The notes below the pieces were generated by a model, which ran no database searches, was not told the origin of the DNA, and was given only the letters and a program-made list of their open reading frames with translations. The position numbers and the translations under genes were made by a program. Positions 1 through 10,607 of a stretch of 64,000 bases of DNA are shown here, piece by piece (the stretch's first letter is position 1; every line of letters starts with the position of its first letter). This DNA is from Octopus bimaculoides (Eukaryota), in assembly GCF_001194135.2 (NCBI RefSeq), contig NC_068983.1, positions 20,306,394 through 20,370,393 of the forward strand, written 5' to 3'.

Positions 1-298
1 GGGTTAAAGCAAATTTAAAATGAAAAAAGCAAATAAAACGAAGGTATGGAGATTAAATACGCTTTACATCGCTTAATCAGCCAAAGGAGTAAATGTAAAC
101 AACTGAATACTTGTCAGTGATTGGTTGAAATTATCGAAATAAGACAATTTTTTACATGAAATAAATTCGAATATAAAAATATTTTTCTGTTCTATGACAC
201 AAAATAGATAAGTATACGAAGTTTGAAAGTCTTTCCGTACCAAAAACACTACGTAAAACATTAATGAAAAATGTGGCCCCCGTTTTAAAATAGATCCC
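1..298. repeat. Dispersed AT-rich repeat (family F), probable non-autonomous DNA transposon remnant
   Basis: GTCAGTGATTGGTTGAAATTATCGAAATAAGACAATTTTTTACATGAAATAA and the terminal GGCCCCCGTTTTAAAATAGATCCC match a second copy at about 12095-12287. Confidence 0.55.
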
Positions 299-434
299 TG
301 GTACCTACTTTATCAACCCCGAAAGGATGAAAGACAAAGTTAACCTTGGCCGAAATTGAACTCAAAACGTAGCGGCAGAGGAAATTCTAAACATTTCGCC
401 CGGCGTGCTAACGATTCTGCCGGCTCGCCGCCTC
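299..434 (-). mobile_element. SINE family A (tRNA-derived), 5' part
   Basis: Reverse complement of the head GGCGGCGAGCTGGCAGAATCGTTAGCACGCCGGGCG and B-box region GAGTTCAA(A)TT; homologous to dozens of copies in the window. Confidence 0.85.
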
Positions 435-471
435 AAAAATAATAAAAGTAATAATGATGATGATGAGGAAA

Positions 472-673
472 ATGGTTTCAAATTTTGCAACAAGAGCACA
501 GTTTAGGAGGAGGGGATAACTCGGTTACATCGATCCTATTGTTCAAATGGTAGTTATTTTATCGACGCAGAAAGGATGAAAGGTTAAGTCGACCTCGGCG
601 GAATTTGATCTCAGAACGTAACACCACTAAGCATTTTGTCCGGCGTGCTGACGATTCTGCCAGCTCACTGCCT
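472..673 (-). mobile_element. SINE family A, near full length
   Basis: Head, GTCGACTT..CCTTTC..GTCGATAAAAT body and ...TGAAACC tail, all on the minus strand. Confidence 0.85.
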
Positions 674-675
674 TG

Positions 676-897
676 CCATCTCAGTCCTTTGGAACAGCAT
701 CAGAAGGCATCAAGAGAAATATAAAGGAAATCGGAATAGAGTTCCAGCAGAACTGTTACAAAATGTTTACCCCCTTGGCAAGGCCAGAATAATCAGGAAA
801 GTATTAGATAGTTGAAAAGAACAGATGTCATGGTACCGTGGCTGCAGCCAGTAAGCTCACTACGTATGCAAGACTCCAAGAGTTAAATAATAATAAT
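676..897 (+). mobile_element. 3' fragment of an R4/Dong-like (restriction-like endonuclease) non-LTR retrotransposon
   Basis: With one frameshift it reads FGTASEGIKRNIKEIGIE/PAELLQNVYPLGKARIIRKVLDS* (stop 813-815). This matches the GALG...LQK..LLGTARILRKVL C-terminus of RLE-type LINEs. A short UTR and (TAA)n follow. Confidence 0.7.
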
Positions 898-1030
898 CCT
901 TTCTACTATAGGTATAAGGCATTAAATTTTTTGGAGGGAGGGGTATAGTTGATTATATCAACTCCAGTTCTCAAATAGTACTTATTTCATCGACCCTGAG
1001 AGGGTGAAAGTCAAAGTCTTCTTCGGCGAG
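886..1030 (-). mobile_element. SINE family A, 3' part
   Basis: (AAT)n-CCTTTCTACTATAGG tail and TTTATTTCATCGACCC body. Confidence 0.8.
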
Positions 1031-1183
1031 ATTGTAATAGCATTGGAGTAGGATTGACAATGGAAATAGAACATGTGAAGCTAACGCTCTAGACATTATT
1101 ACTAAGGCAACAAAAATTTAGCATGTCACCGAAGAGATATGGTTTTATTTTGTGAGAAGACTATACTTACAAAAAGTGACCTA

Positions 1184-1232
<49 letters not shown>

Positions 1233-1926
1233 ATACATGTATAAACATATATGTGTGTATGACTGTGCATATGTCTCTTAAAATAAGCATAACTCACGCA
1301 TATATAACTGGAGTGTATATATAAATATACGTATATGGTTATATAAGTACAGAAATTTGAACAAAAAGTTACGTAATAACGAGGACTGCCAGTTTCAATT
1401 GGCCATGCTGTATTGGAAGTACTAGACGTTATTATGTTAAAAAACGCGATAGAGTATGCTTAGCTCCGTTTCTGATAACATGAAATATAGAACAAAACAT
1501 TGGCTGTTAATGCCTCTATGCTGAAGAAATTCATTTTTAAACAGCTAAGTGTGTTTCTAATAACTACATTTACCAAGATCTGTGTAGCAATTTTGATATG
1601 ACTATTATGAGTAATACAGACGTGAAAACTGGAAGAGGAAACAATTTTTTCTAATAAGAAGTAAAAAAATATATATATAATGTAAAAGGCTGAAGGAAAC
1701 ATAGAGATTGAAACATAAAGATAAACAGAGAGAAAAATGACTGAACGAAAAACGAAAAGCAAGACAAAGGCAAGCAAAACAGATTACATTAGGGGAAGAA
1801 TAAAAACAATAATAGAAGACAAGAGAGACAGAAAGAAAGACAGAGAGACACACAGAGAGCAAATAAAGAGAGAGAATTATGAGAGGAATAATAATAAGCG
1901 AACGATTAAAAGAAATCAAGAGCAGT

Positions 1927-2152
1927 AAGTTTGGTTTCAAACTTTTGACACAAAGCCGGTAACTTCAGGGAAAGGGATGAGTCGATTACATCGACCCAGT
2001 ACTCAACTGGTACTTATTTTATCCACTCTGAAAGGATGAAAGGTAAAGTCGGCCTCGGCGGAATTTGAACTCAGAACGTAACGACCAACGAAATGCCACA
2101 AAGCGCAAAGCATTTTGCTCGTCTTGTTAAGGATTCTGCCAGCCTGCCACCT
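1927..2152 (-). mobile_element. SINE family A, full length
   Basis: Complete head-to-tail match to the other A copies. Confidence 0.85.
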
Positions 2153-2226
2153 TATGAAAAACAATAAATTATTTAAAAATTCTCGAAAAAACACTAACAA
2201 AATTTCATAAGCAGGAGAATGATAGC

Positions 2227-2305
2227 GAGGAGGTGGCTGAATCGTTGGCACGCCGGGCATAATGCTTAGCGGCATGTCATCTGTCCATACGTTCTGAGTT
2301 CAAAT
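2227..2305 (+). mobile_element. SINE family A, head only
   Basis: GCTGAATCGTTGGCACGCCGGGCATAATGCTTAGCGGC...GTTCTGAGTTCAAATT. Confidence 0.75.
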
Positions 2306-2338
2306 TATAATCAAAAACACAATTTCTGACCATCTAGT

Positions 2339-2384
<46 letters not shown>

Positions 2385-2386
<2 letters not shown>

Positions 2387-2545
2387 ATTGAATGAAGAAT
2401 TTGAACATTCAAACTTTATGTTTATTTCCAGTTAGTTTATTCATAATAAAAGTCCGACAAGTGTTTCGATCGCGCCAACTGCGAATTGCTGCATATTCAT
2501 ATGCAGCGATTTATGCATTTTTAGTAAAATCTCTTCAGAGCATAT
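2385..2545 (-). mobile_element. Penelope-like terminal remnant with a hammerhead-like core
   Basis: Minus strand CTGAAGA-GAT...ATC-GAAAC-ACTT-GTC, then an AT-rich tail into (TA)n. Stem I is imperfect. Confidence 0.4.
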
Positions 2546-3032
2546 AAGTATGACATTGTTCGAAGAGGAATTTTCCTTTCCTATTAGTTTCAATTACGCT
2601 TTGTAGTAGTAGTAAACTATAAATTCTTCCGTGAGATATTTTTTCTCAACTGTTTGTTTTGGAAAAATTCAGTAGCAATAGTATTTGCTGAAGTTAACAA
2701 ATGTCCTTGGCTAGGCAGGGAATGGTTACTAAAAGAATACATATTTCTGATACATTCTACATACTTTATAGTCGCAAGATCATTTGATGGATTTCTGAGT
2801 TGTGTATCTGCCTGGATATCTTTCTTGCTGGCAGAATCGTTAGCATGTCGGGCGAAATGCTTAGTGATATTTCGTCTGCCGTTACGTCCATCGAGGTTGA
2901 CTTTGCCTTACTATAAGTGCTTTATTCTAACCGCTTCTTTTCTTTGAAGATGTTATGCTCGTATATCTAGGGTCGGACCACAATGACTAAGTCCTGATTC
3001 AAATGAGTCATGATCAATAATACTTGATTCTA

Positions 3033-3243
3033 AAGCTGGCAGAATTGTTAACACACCAGGCAAAATGCTTAGCGGCATTTCGTCCGACTTTACGTTCTGA
3101 CTTCAAATTCCACCGAGGTCGACTTTGCCTTTCATCCTTTCGGGGTCGGTAAAATAAGTACGAGCTGGGCACTGGGGTCGTCGAAATCGACTCGCCCTTA
3201 CCCCCAAAACTTCAGACCTTGTGCCAAAATTTGAAACCAATAA
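3033..3243 (+). mobile_element. SINE family A, full length
   Basis: GCTGGCAGAATTGTTAACAC...TTCAAATTCCACCGAGGTCGACTTTGCCTTTCATCCTTTCGGGGTCG...AAAATTTGAAACCAATAAT. Confidence 0.9.
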
Positions 3244-4024
3244 TACTCGATTTTTGATCAGTTAGCTTTTATTATCATTTTTGTTTTGTGTGTGTGCGTG
3301 CGTGTGTGTGTGCGTGCGTGTGTGTGTGTTGTGAAGGACTACTTTATTTAATGCGGCCCTCTCTGCTTTAAGACGCTTCTGTGTGTGCAATTTCTGGAGT
3401 TTAGCTGTTAGATATAGCAGATGAAGCGCTACGCCGTGATTCCCTATGTGGCTGGCTCAGTCAGACACCAGTGCATTGTTATGGAGTTGAAATTCGATTG
3501 AATCGAGAGAAATGCTTCACTGGCGAAGATATAAAAAGATGAAAGGGAAAGCTCTGCTCGACCATATTTGAACTCAGAAGACAGGGCAACGGAACTAAAT
3601 AATACAAGTAATTAATTGATCCGTCATTCTCTATCATTTCAACTCCACAACCTACCAACACCCTCTTCGCACATTTGCCATATAATGGTATTGAATTAAT
3701 TCATCTATTCAGCTTTGTAATTTACAAATAAAGTGATTATACCAAACAAAGAGACAAGTGAAATGTTTAATTATATGCACTAGACTTCAATTGTGACACT
3801 CATTGACATTACAGTGCAGGAATTTGATGTTATCGTTAGGAGTTCTTGTAAGGGTGAAGAAGTTAAAGCTTAAGACAAATCCTAATAATGACCCGTTTAT
3901 TGGCATAAACGCAACATCCTACATACAAACATGCGAATATGCGAATGGCATTTAGCTAGCCAGCAAGTTGTGTGTGTGTATATATATTAGATCCTCACCT
4001 AGTCTATTTATATATTTGTCTCTA

Positions 4025-4056
4025 TATCTACATCTCTCTCTCTCTCTCTCTCTCTC

Positions 4057-4104
<48 letters not shown>

Positions 4105-4936
4105 NNNNNNNNNNNNNNNNNNNNNNNNNNNNNNNNNNNNNNNNNNNNNNNNNNNNNNNNNNNNNNNNNNNNNNNNNNNNNNNNNNNNNNNNNNNNNNNN
4201 NNNNNNNNNNNNNNNNNNNNNNNNNNNNNNNNNNNNNNNNNNNNNNNNNNNNNNNNNNNNNNNNNNNNNNNNNNNNNNNNNNNNNNNNNNNNNNNNNNNN
4301 NNNNNNNNNNNNNNNNNNNNNNNNNNNNNNNNNNNNNNNNNNNNNNNNNNNNNNNNNNNNNNNNNNNNNNNNNNNNNNNNNNNNNNNNNNNNNNNNNNNN
4401 NNNNNNNNNNNNNNNNNNNNNNNNNNNNNNNNNNNNNNNNNNNNNNNNNNNNNNNNNNNNNNNNNNNNNNNNNNNNNNNNNNNNNNNNNNNNNNNNNNNN
4501 NNNNNNNNNNNNNNNNNNNNNNNNNNNNNNNNNNNNNNNNNNNNNNNNNNNNNNNNNNNNNNNNNNNNNNNNNNNNNNNNNNNNNNNNNNNNNNNNNNNN
4601 NNNNNNNNNNNNNNNNNNNNNNNNNNNNNNNNNNNNNNNNNNNNNNNNNNNNNNNNNNNNNNNNNNNNNNNNNNNNNNNNNNNNNNNNNNNNNNNNNNNN
4701 NNNNNNNNNNNNNNNNNNNNNNNNNNNNNNNNNNNNNNNNNNNNNNNNNNNNNNNNNNNNNNNNNNNNNNNNNNNNNNNNNNNNNNNNNNNNNNNNNNNN
4801 NNNNNNNNNNNNNNNNNNNNNNNNNNNNNNNNNNNNNNNNNNNNNNNNNNNNNNNNNNNNNNNNNNNNNNNNNNNNNNNNNNNNNNNNNNNNNNNNNNNN
4901 NNNNNNNTATATATATATATATATATATATATACGT

Positions 4937-4983
<47 letters not shown>

Positions 4984-4990
4984 CATACAC
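4025..4990. repeat. Compound microsatellite (CT)n(CA)n-[gap]-(TA)n(GT)n
   Basis: Direct reading; N-gap 4105-4907. The HT/CV/YI ORFs here are artefacts. Confidence 0.95.
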
Positions 4991-6191
4991 ACGTTGCGAT
5001 TCTGCTAGAACCTCATCAGCAATGTGCAGAAACAATCTATCCAGTATTACCCTACAGGGTCAGTTGCTTAAAGGCTATATACTAGCGTAAAAGCCACCTG
5101 ATAGAGTGACTTTTAAGCTAGTGCATATATGTGTGTGTGTGTGTGGTTGTGTGTGTGTGTGTATATAATGAAAAAAGTTCGAACGGTGAATCATTCCATT
5201 CAATAAAGAGATTATGGTTCCCTGGGAATTTAGTTAAAGTGAAAAAAGAATCGAATACAATAGATAAGTCGTCTTAATAACATACATGTGTACCAGACAT
5301 TTAGCTGTTATTTTTAGCATGGGTTTTCTGGTAGGGGCTTCATTTGCCTTCATTGCCTGTTGCTTCAGTAGGAATGTACGGATGCGCAAGCGCACAAAAC
5401 AGAGAAAATGTAATAAATATGGACGGCTTGTTCCCAAACATCCCCGAGTGTGGAACAGTTCTCAAAAATAACCTCAATTGTTTTCCGCAAAAATTTCTAT
5501 ATGCCCGAAATGTACATAATCCGAAGTATATTTGTAGATAATTTCATTTAAAAATTTTTTTCCATATTCCTGAAAGTAAAGCAAATTGAAGTGGACTTCC
5601 GTGAATTTTCCGAAAATCTCCACGCCCCCTCCCTAAAACATGAATATTCGGAATCTATATGATATAACACATATTCGTAGAAAATTTCATTAAAAATTAT
5701 TTATTTTTCTGAAATTTATCATCATTCAAAGTCGGGTGTGGGTTGCAGAAATCTGTAGTTATGTCTGTTGACAATTGATCAATTAAATGAAATCTGTTAT
5801 GAATTTTTTTTTCTCTCTCTCTCACACACACACACACACATTCACATAGGTATATATCTTACACAAATAGAATATAAAAAATTAAAGTAATTTTAGAAAT
5901 TGTAATAATGTATACATACGTGTGTGTGTGTGTGTGTGTAAAGTGTAACAAGACAGGAAGCTCAAACACAGGAAGTTGAGAAAACAATTTGAAGAAGTGA
6001 ATTTTTATATAAAGAGAAATATTATTCATTTTTAATTAAAAAAAATAATCAACCAAGACCGTATTATTCTTTCCAAGATCAAATTATTCGTGTACCCCAA
6101 GTATGGTACAGATTGATCTAGAGGTTTGAGCGTACATAGAGGGGACACACACAGACAGGGTATTTTATATATCAAGATTATATTATCTTGA

Positions 6192-6405
6192 GGCGGCGAG
6201 CTGGCAGAATCGTTAGCACTCCGGGCGAAATGCATAGCAGTATTTCGTCTACCGTTAGGTTTTGAGTTCGAATTCTGCCGAGGTCGACATTGCCTTTCTT
6301 TTTTTCGGGATCGATAAAATTAGTAGCAATTATATACTGGGTCGCTGTAATCGACTTAATCCCCTCCCCAAATATGAGACCTTGTGCTTCTAGTAGAAAG
6401 TTAAA
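6192..6405 (+). mobile_element. SINE family A, full length
   Basis: Starts GGCGGCGAGCTGGCAGAATCGTTAGCAC; B-box GAGTTCGAATTC; tail CTTGTGCTTCTAGTAGAAAG. Confidence 0.9.
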
Positions 6406-6630
6406 ATAATGTGACACACTGACATTCACGTTTATTATATTAGATATATTAATCTTAGGGGGACATCTTATTTCAATTCAAGTGTATTATATATATATAT
6501 ATATTTCTTTCCTTTCCCGAGCGTCTAGTAACACAATCTTTATCACGTCCCCACGTTGTTGTTTTTTTGTGGTTGTTTTTTTTCTTTTTCCTTTTTTGAA
6601 CCTATATATATATACATATATATATATATA

Positions 6631-6797
6631 CTAGTAGATGCACCCAGCATTGCTTAGGAATGAAATTTTTCCTTATATATTGGAAGAAAAATGCAAAATA
6701 TGTTGTATAGAAATTTGTTATTCAAAATTCAATTTATTCTTCAATTGGGATACAATCTATTCTTTAATTGGGAAATCAATTCTGAATTCATAATACA

Positions 6798-6870
<73 letters not shown>

Positions 6871-7862
6871 CGAAAATAACAAAATTTACCACTTTTATGA
6901 AAGGAGATAAATTCTACCACAACGTTGAATGAAATTACGTAAGAACTTCTGGGTAAACAACATTCTTTGTTTTCTGGTTTGGAGCATAGACAAATAAGTT
7001 TTGCAAACTACCTACCCTGGAGCAACCAACATAAAGGTGATCGTAAGTAAAGCAAGCCAGTAGATCTCAAAGTCTGGCCTTCGGCTTTATTTATAGACAC
7101 TGCAAAGCAAAGTCGTGCTGGGAATTTTGCTCATTTTAACTTAATTGGCACGACTGTTGGTTTGATTGGAATACTTAGAATGAAAGCCTCTTACCCAGAG
7201 GCACCTCCATTGATGATGGTAGCTTCTGTCACATTAGATCGTAATGTCTTCACAATCAACCTTGACCCATTGCATAATATAGGAGAATCTAAATTTCTTA
7301 GAAGCATTTTCGGGACTCCTACTTTCAGAAAAAAACTTGTGAAGGAATTCCACGTGGCTCAAGAGAATTAAGGAACTCTGTTGGGAAACGGACAGCTTGA
7401 TTTTCATCAAGGACTGAATCAACTGATTTGCACTGTTGGAATCTTATTCATTAATTCATGGTTTATCCTTGCTACTGTCTCTTTTTTTCGAGCAAGAATT
7501 GCCCTTTCGCACAACCATGTATGTGAATTATAATTATTAATTAAGTCAGGAAATAACGGTCTTCAATTCAGCTAGGGAATTCACCATGATAGCAATATGA
7601 GCCAAACTGATATCACCATTCCCATGAAATGGTACTTTCCTATTTCCTAATTGGAGGAGCCAGGTTGAAAACTGTTTTACGCATTGGACCCCATGTAATA
7701 AAGTTTCCTTATAAAACTCCTCCGATAGATTTATTGTTGCCTCTGATGTTCTGTAAGGTCTTACCAAGAGCTTCCATTGCACCATTATGTGACATGGTGC
7801 ATTCATCCCAAATGATAAGGTGGCATTGTCAAAGCACTTCTGCTGAACCTGAATCTTTGCTT
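6631..7862 (-). mobile_element. Helitron 3' portion with decayed PIF1-type helicase
   Basis: Minus-strand translation with frameshifts: CHLIIWDECTMSHNGAMEAL (motif II), [83 protein letters not shown] (stop 6935-6937). The element ends in GCAATGCTGGGTGCATCTACTAG, a canonical CTRR terminus at 6631 followed by T. Confidence 0.92.
6796..6868. repeat. (AAT)n microsatellite inside the Helitron 3' untranslated region
   Basis: Long perfect AAT run; gives the poly-N ORF artefact. Confidence 0.95.
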
Positions 7863-7894
7863 ACGTTACAAATTGGAATGCCGTTTTTTACCAG

Positions 7895-8130
7895 GATACC
7901 GAATGTCCCTTAAAATGCACTTCTTGCATTCTCATCTTGATTCTTTTCCCACGAATCTTGGTGCCGTTAGTGATGAGCATGGTAAGAGGCTCCACCAGGA
8001 CATAGCTGAAATGGAAACGAGATATCAAAACCGGTTCAATGCACGCATGATGGGTGACTACTGCTGGTTCCTACAGCAGGAGACCTGCACGACGCATAAG
8101 CGCAAGAGCAAGTGTCTCAAGCATTTCTGA
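7895..8130 (+). pseudogene. Last exon-like segment of a DDE-type transposase (Chapaev-like)
   Basis: Open frame to the TGA at 8128-8130 with the H-x-x-H motif and LGAVSDEHG. It is preceded by TTTTTTACCAG, an acceptor-like site. Confidence 0.7.
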
Positions 8131-8239
8131 GCTGAGCATATCAAAAATAAAGTGAGTATTCCCTTAACATAAATATGCTATGTACCATTATATTATAATA
8201 CTATTTGCCTTTAACATAAATTTGCTATATACAGCACTC

Positions 8240-8605
8240 GTGGCACTCCGTCGGTTACGACGATGAGGGTTCCAGTTGACCCAATAAACGGAATAGCCTG
8301 CTCGTGAAATTAACGTGCAAGTGGCTGAGCACTCCACAGACACGTGTACCCTTAAAGTAGTTCTCGGGGAGATTCTGCGTGACGCTGTGTGTGACAATGC
8401 TGCCCCTTTGAAATACAGGAACAGCAGAAACAGGAAGAAAGAGTGAGATAAAGTTATGGTGGAAGGGTACTGCAGGGTTCGACACCATCCCCTGCGGGAA
8501 CCTTGTGGTGCGTTAGGTGCTTTTGCTCAATAAACACTCACAACGCCCGGTCTGGGAATCGAAACCGCGAGTCCGCTACCCTAACCGCTGGACCATTGCG
8601 TCTCC
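8240..8605 (-). mobile_element. SINE family C (tRNA-derived)
   Basis: Reverse complement head GGAGACGCAATGGTCCAGCGGTTAGGGTAGCGGACTCGCGGTTTCGATTCCCAGACC (A and B boxes); body matches 51010-51380. Confidence 0.9.
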
Positions 8606-8809
8606 GTATACAGTAATAAAATATACTATTAATATGTAATTACGCGCATAACTCAAAATCCCGACGAGCTATAGCAATTGTGAGTTCAAATTCGGAATCA
8701 GCGTACTCGATTTAGTTTGGTACAGCACCATTTGTTTGTGTAGCAGACAATAAATCTTTTTTTTTTTTGCCCTGTGATATTTAATTAGTACTCTTCACCT
8801 TAGCCTTTT

Positions 8810-10080
8810 TTGTTTTGCCTTCTTTGGTCTTGGCGGTGGCTATCCCTGAAAGGGAGGGCGGAGGTAGCGAATGTGTTCATCGCATCGGTCATCACCTACC
8901 GCCTAACCGTCGTTCCTTGCCCTGATTCGTGGTTAATCAAGCTGGAAAGACAGCTCTTCCGCTTTTTGTGGAAGAGCTGGAGACCGTTTGTGAGACGCTC
9001 TATTTGCTGCAAACAACCGTTAAAGGGTGGACTTGGGATGCCTTGGCTGTTGATGTGCAAACATGCGCTGAGGTTGAGGCATCTTTCGCTCTACCTGGAT
9101 GGTGAACGGGTGTGGTCTCCGCTGGCGAAACAGATGTTTCCCAAGTTCACTAGTTTCGGTGGATGGGAAACCTGGTTGAATCGAAGATCGAAGTTGGGTA
9201 CATGGTACACGGAGTGCCGCAAGGCACTCCTGCTATTCCGTCACTTGTGCAATGCCTGCGGTGGGGGTTCCNNNNNNNNNNNNNNNNNNNNNNNNNNNNN
9301 NNNNNNNNNNNNNNNNNNNNNNNNNNNNNNNNNNNNNNNNNNNNNNNNNNNNNNNNNNNNNNNNNNNNNNNNNNNNNNNNNNNNNNNNNNNNNNNNNNNN
9401 NNNNNNNNNNNNNNNNNNNNNNNNNNNNNNNNNNNNNNNNNNNNNNNNNNNNNNNNNNNNNNNNNNNNNNNNNNNNNNNNNNNNNNNNNNNNNNNNNNNN
9501 NNNNNNNNNNNNNNNNNNNNNNNNNNNNNNNNNNNNNNNNNNNNNNNNNNNNNNNNNNNNNNNNNNNNNNNNNNNNNNNNNNNNNNNNNNNNNNNNNNNN
9601 NNNNNNNNNNNNNNNNNNNNNNNNNNNNNNNNNNNNNNNNNNNNNNNNNNNNNNNNNNNNNNNNNNNNNNNNNNNNNNNNNNNNNNNNNNNNNNNNNNNN
9701 NNNNNNNNNNNNNNNNNNNNNNNNNNNNNNNNNNNNNNNNNNNNNNNNNNNNNNNNNNNNNNNNNNNNNNNNNNNNNNNNNNNNNNTTGAGAGTCGATGG
9801 AAGAGTGTAGCACGAAAGTTGCGAATAAATGTAACCACATGAATGAGACGAAGGACTCATCTCAGCTATCAGTGGCGAGGCGGGGCACGAGGGGTCCGTG
9901 CTAAACCCGCCTTACCACTCCATCCGTAATGTCTTCCGGTCTGTCGGATCATCCGATTATATTTCGATTTCATTGTAAAATTTTTAAATGCATGTTTCTG
10001 TTAATTCATCCGTTTTCATCTGACCCCAAATCAGGTTGTATCGTCCCCTCTATGTCACCCCTTGTGGGTAATAAAAAATT
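8810..10080 (+). mobile_element. 5'-truncated Tx1/L1-clade LINE (ORF2 post-RT region, gap, C-terminus, 3' UTR)
   Basis: WRWLSLKGRAEVANVFIASVITYRLTVVPCP..LERQLFRFLWK..VRRSICCKQPLKGGLGMP is typical L1/Tx1 thumb sequence. After the gap 9272-9786 it reads ESRWKSVARKLRINVTT* (stop at 9842). The UTR ends CCCCTTGTGGGTAATAAAAAA. Confidence 0.85.
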
Positions 10081-10094
10081 CTGCCTTCTTTGGA

Positions 10095-10275
10095 GTTGAT
10101 AGAGCGTCGGAAGAAACATGCAAAAATCTATTACTTTTTAATCTTAGTTCAAATATTGCTGATATTACCTTCGCCTTTCATATGAAGGATTTCAATAAAA
10201 GTTACAATGAATACAGACGGTTATGTGGAGGCGACTACACTCCACCACTTCAAATGCTTGGTTCTGAATTTGCGT
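10095..10275 (+). mobile_element. Decayed SINE family A
   Basis: AGTTCAAATATTGCTGATATTACCTTCGCCTTTCAT aligns to AGTTCAAATTCCGCCGAGGTCGACTTTGCCTTTCAT; the tail also aligns. Confidence 0.65.
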
Positions 10276-10607
10276 GAGTAAAACAAAACGACTTCTTTCT
10301 TTACTTTATTTTTTATTCTGCAAAATATTTTATTTTAAAGATATATCAAGTTAGATTTTCACATACTGAAAAATCTTCATTGAAATTAGCGCAGAAGTGG
10401 TTGCGTTGTAAGAAACCTTGTAAGTGTATCTGGTAGACAGAAACCGTAAGAAACCCGTCATATTCATACATGTATATAGTGAGTGTGTGCGCGCGTTACA
10501 GTACAGAGATCTTAGAATTACAACGGAAGATATTCGCACAGACATTGACCTTGGAATTGTTTTCAACTTTGTACGACGCTCTGTAAGTAGAGTATGATCA
10601 AAGGTGG

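Larger units (their letters stand above)
7863..8776 (+). mobile_element. Right end of a Chapaev-type (CMC/Transib-related) DNA transposon, interrupted by a SINE-C
   Basis: C-terminal transposase motif GYRMSLKMHFLHSHLDSFPTNLGAVSDEHGKRLHQDIAEMETRYQ...MMGDYCW. Terminal TTTTTTTTGCCCTGTG at 8761-8776 (reverse complement CACAGGGC...) resembles Chapaev CAC termini. The superfamily name is from recalled motifs. Confidence 0.7.

Noticed and set aside
3952-5090. Long ORFs of 300+ aa in the track here and at other gaps
   Set aside because: Built from N runs and dinucleotide repeats (HT, CV, YI, ER).
10148-10273. Apparent 126-nt exon (TTAG|...|GTGAGT) encoding SNIADITFAFHMKDFNKSYNEYRRLCGG...
   Set aside because: Aligns along its length to SINE-A (AGTTCAAAT...GCCTTTCAT...tail), so it is a decayed SINE.
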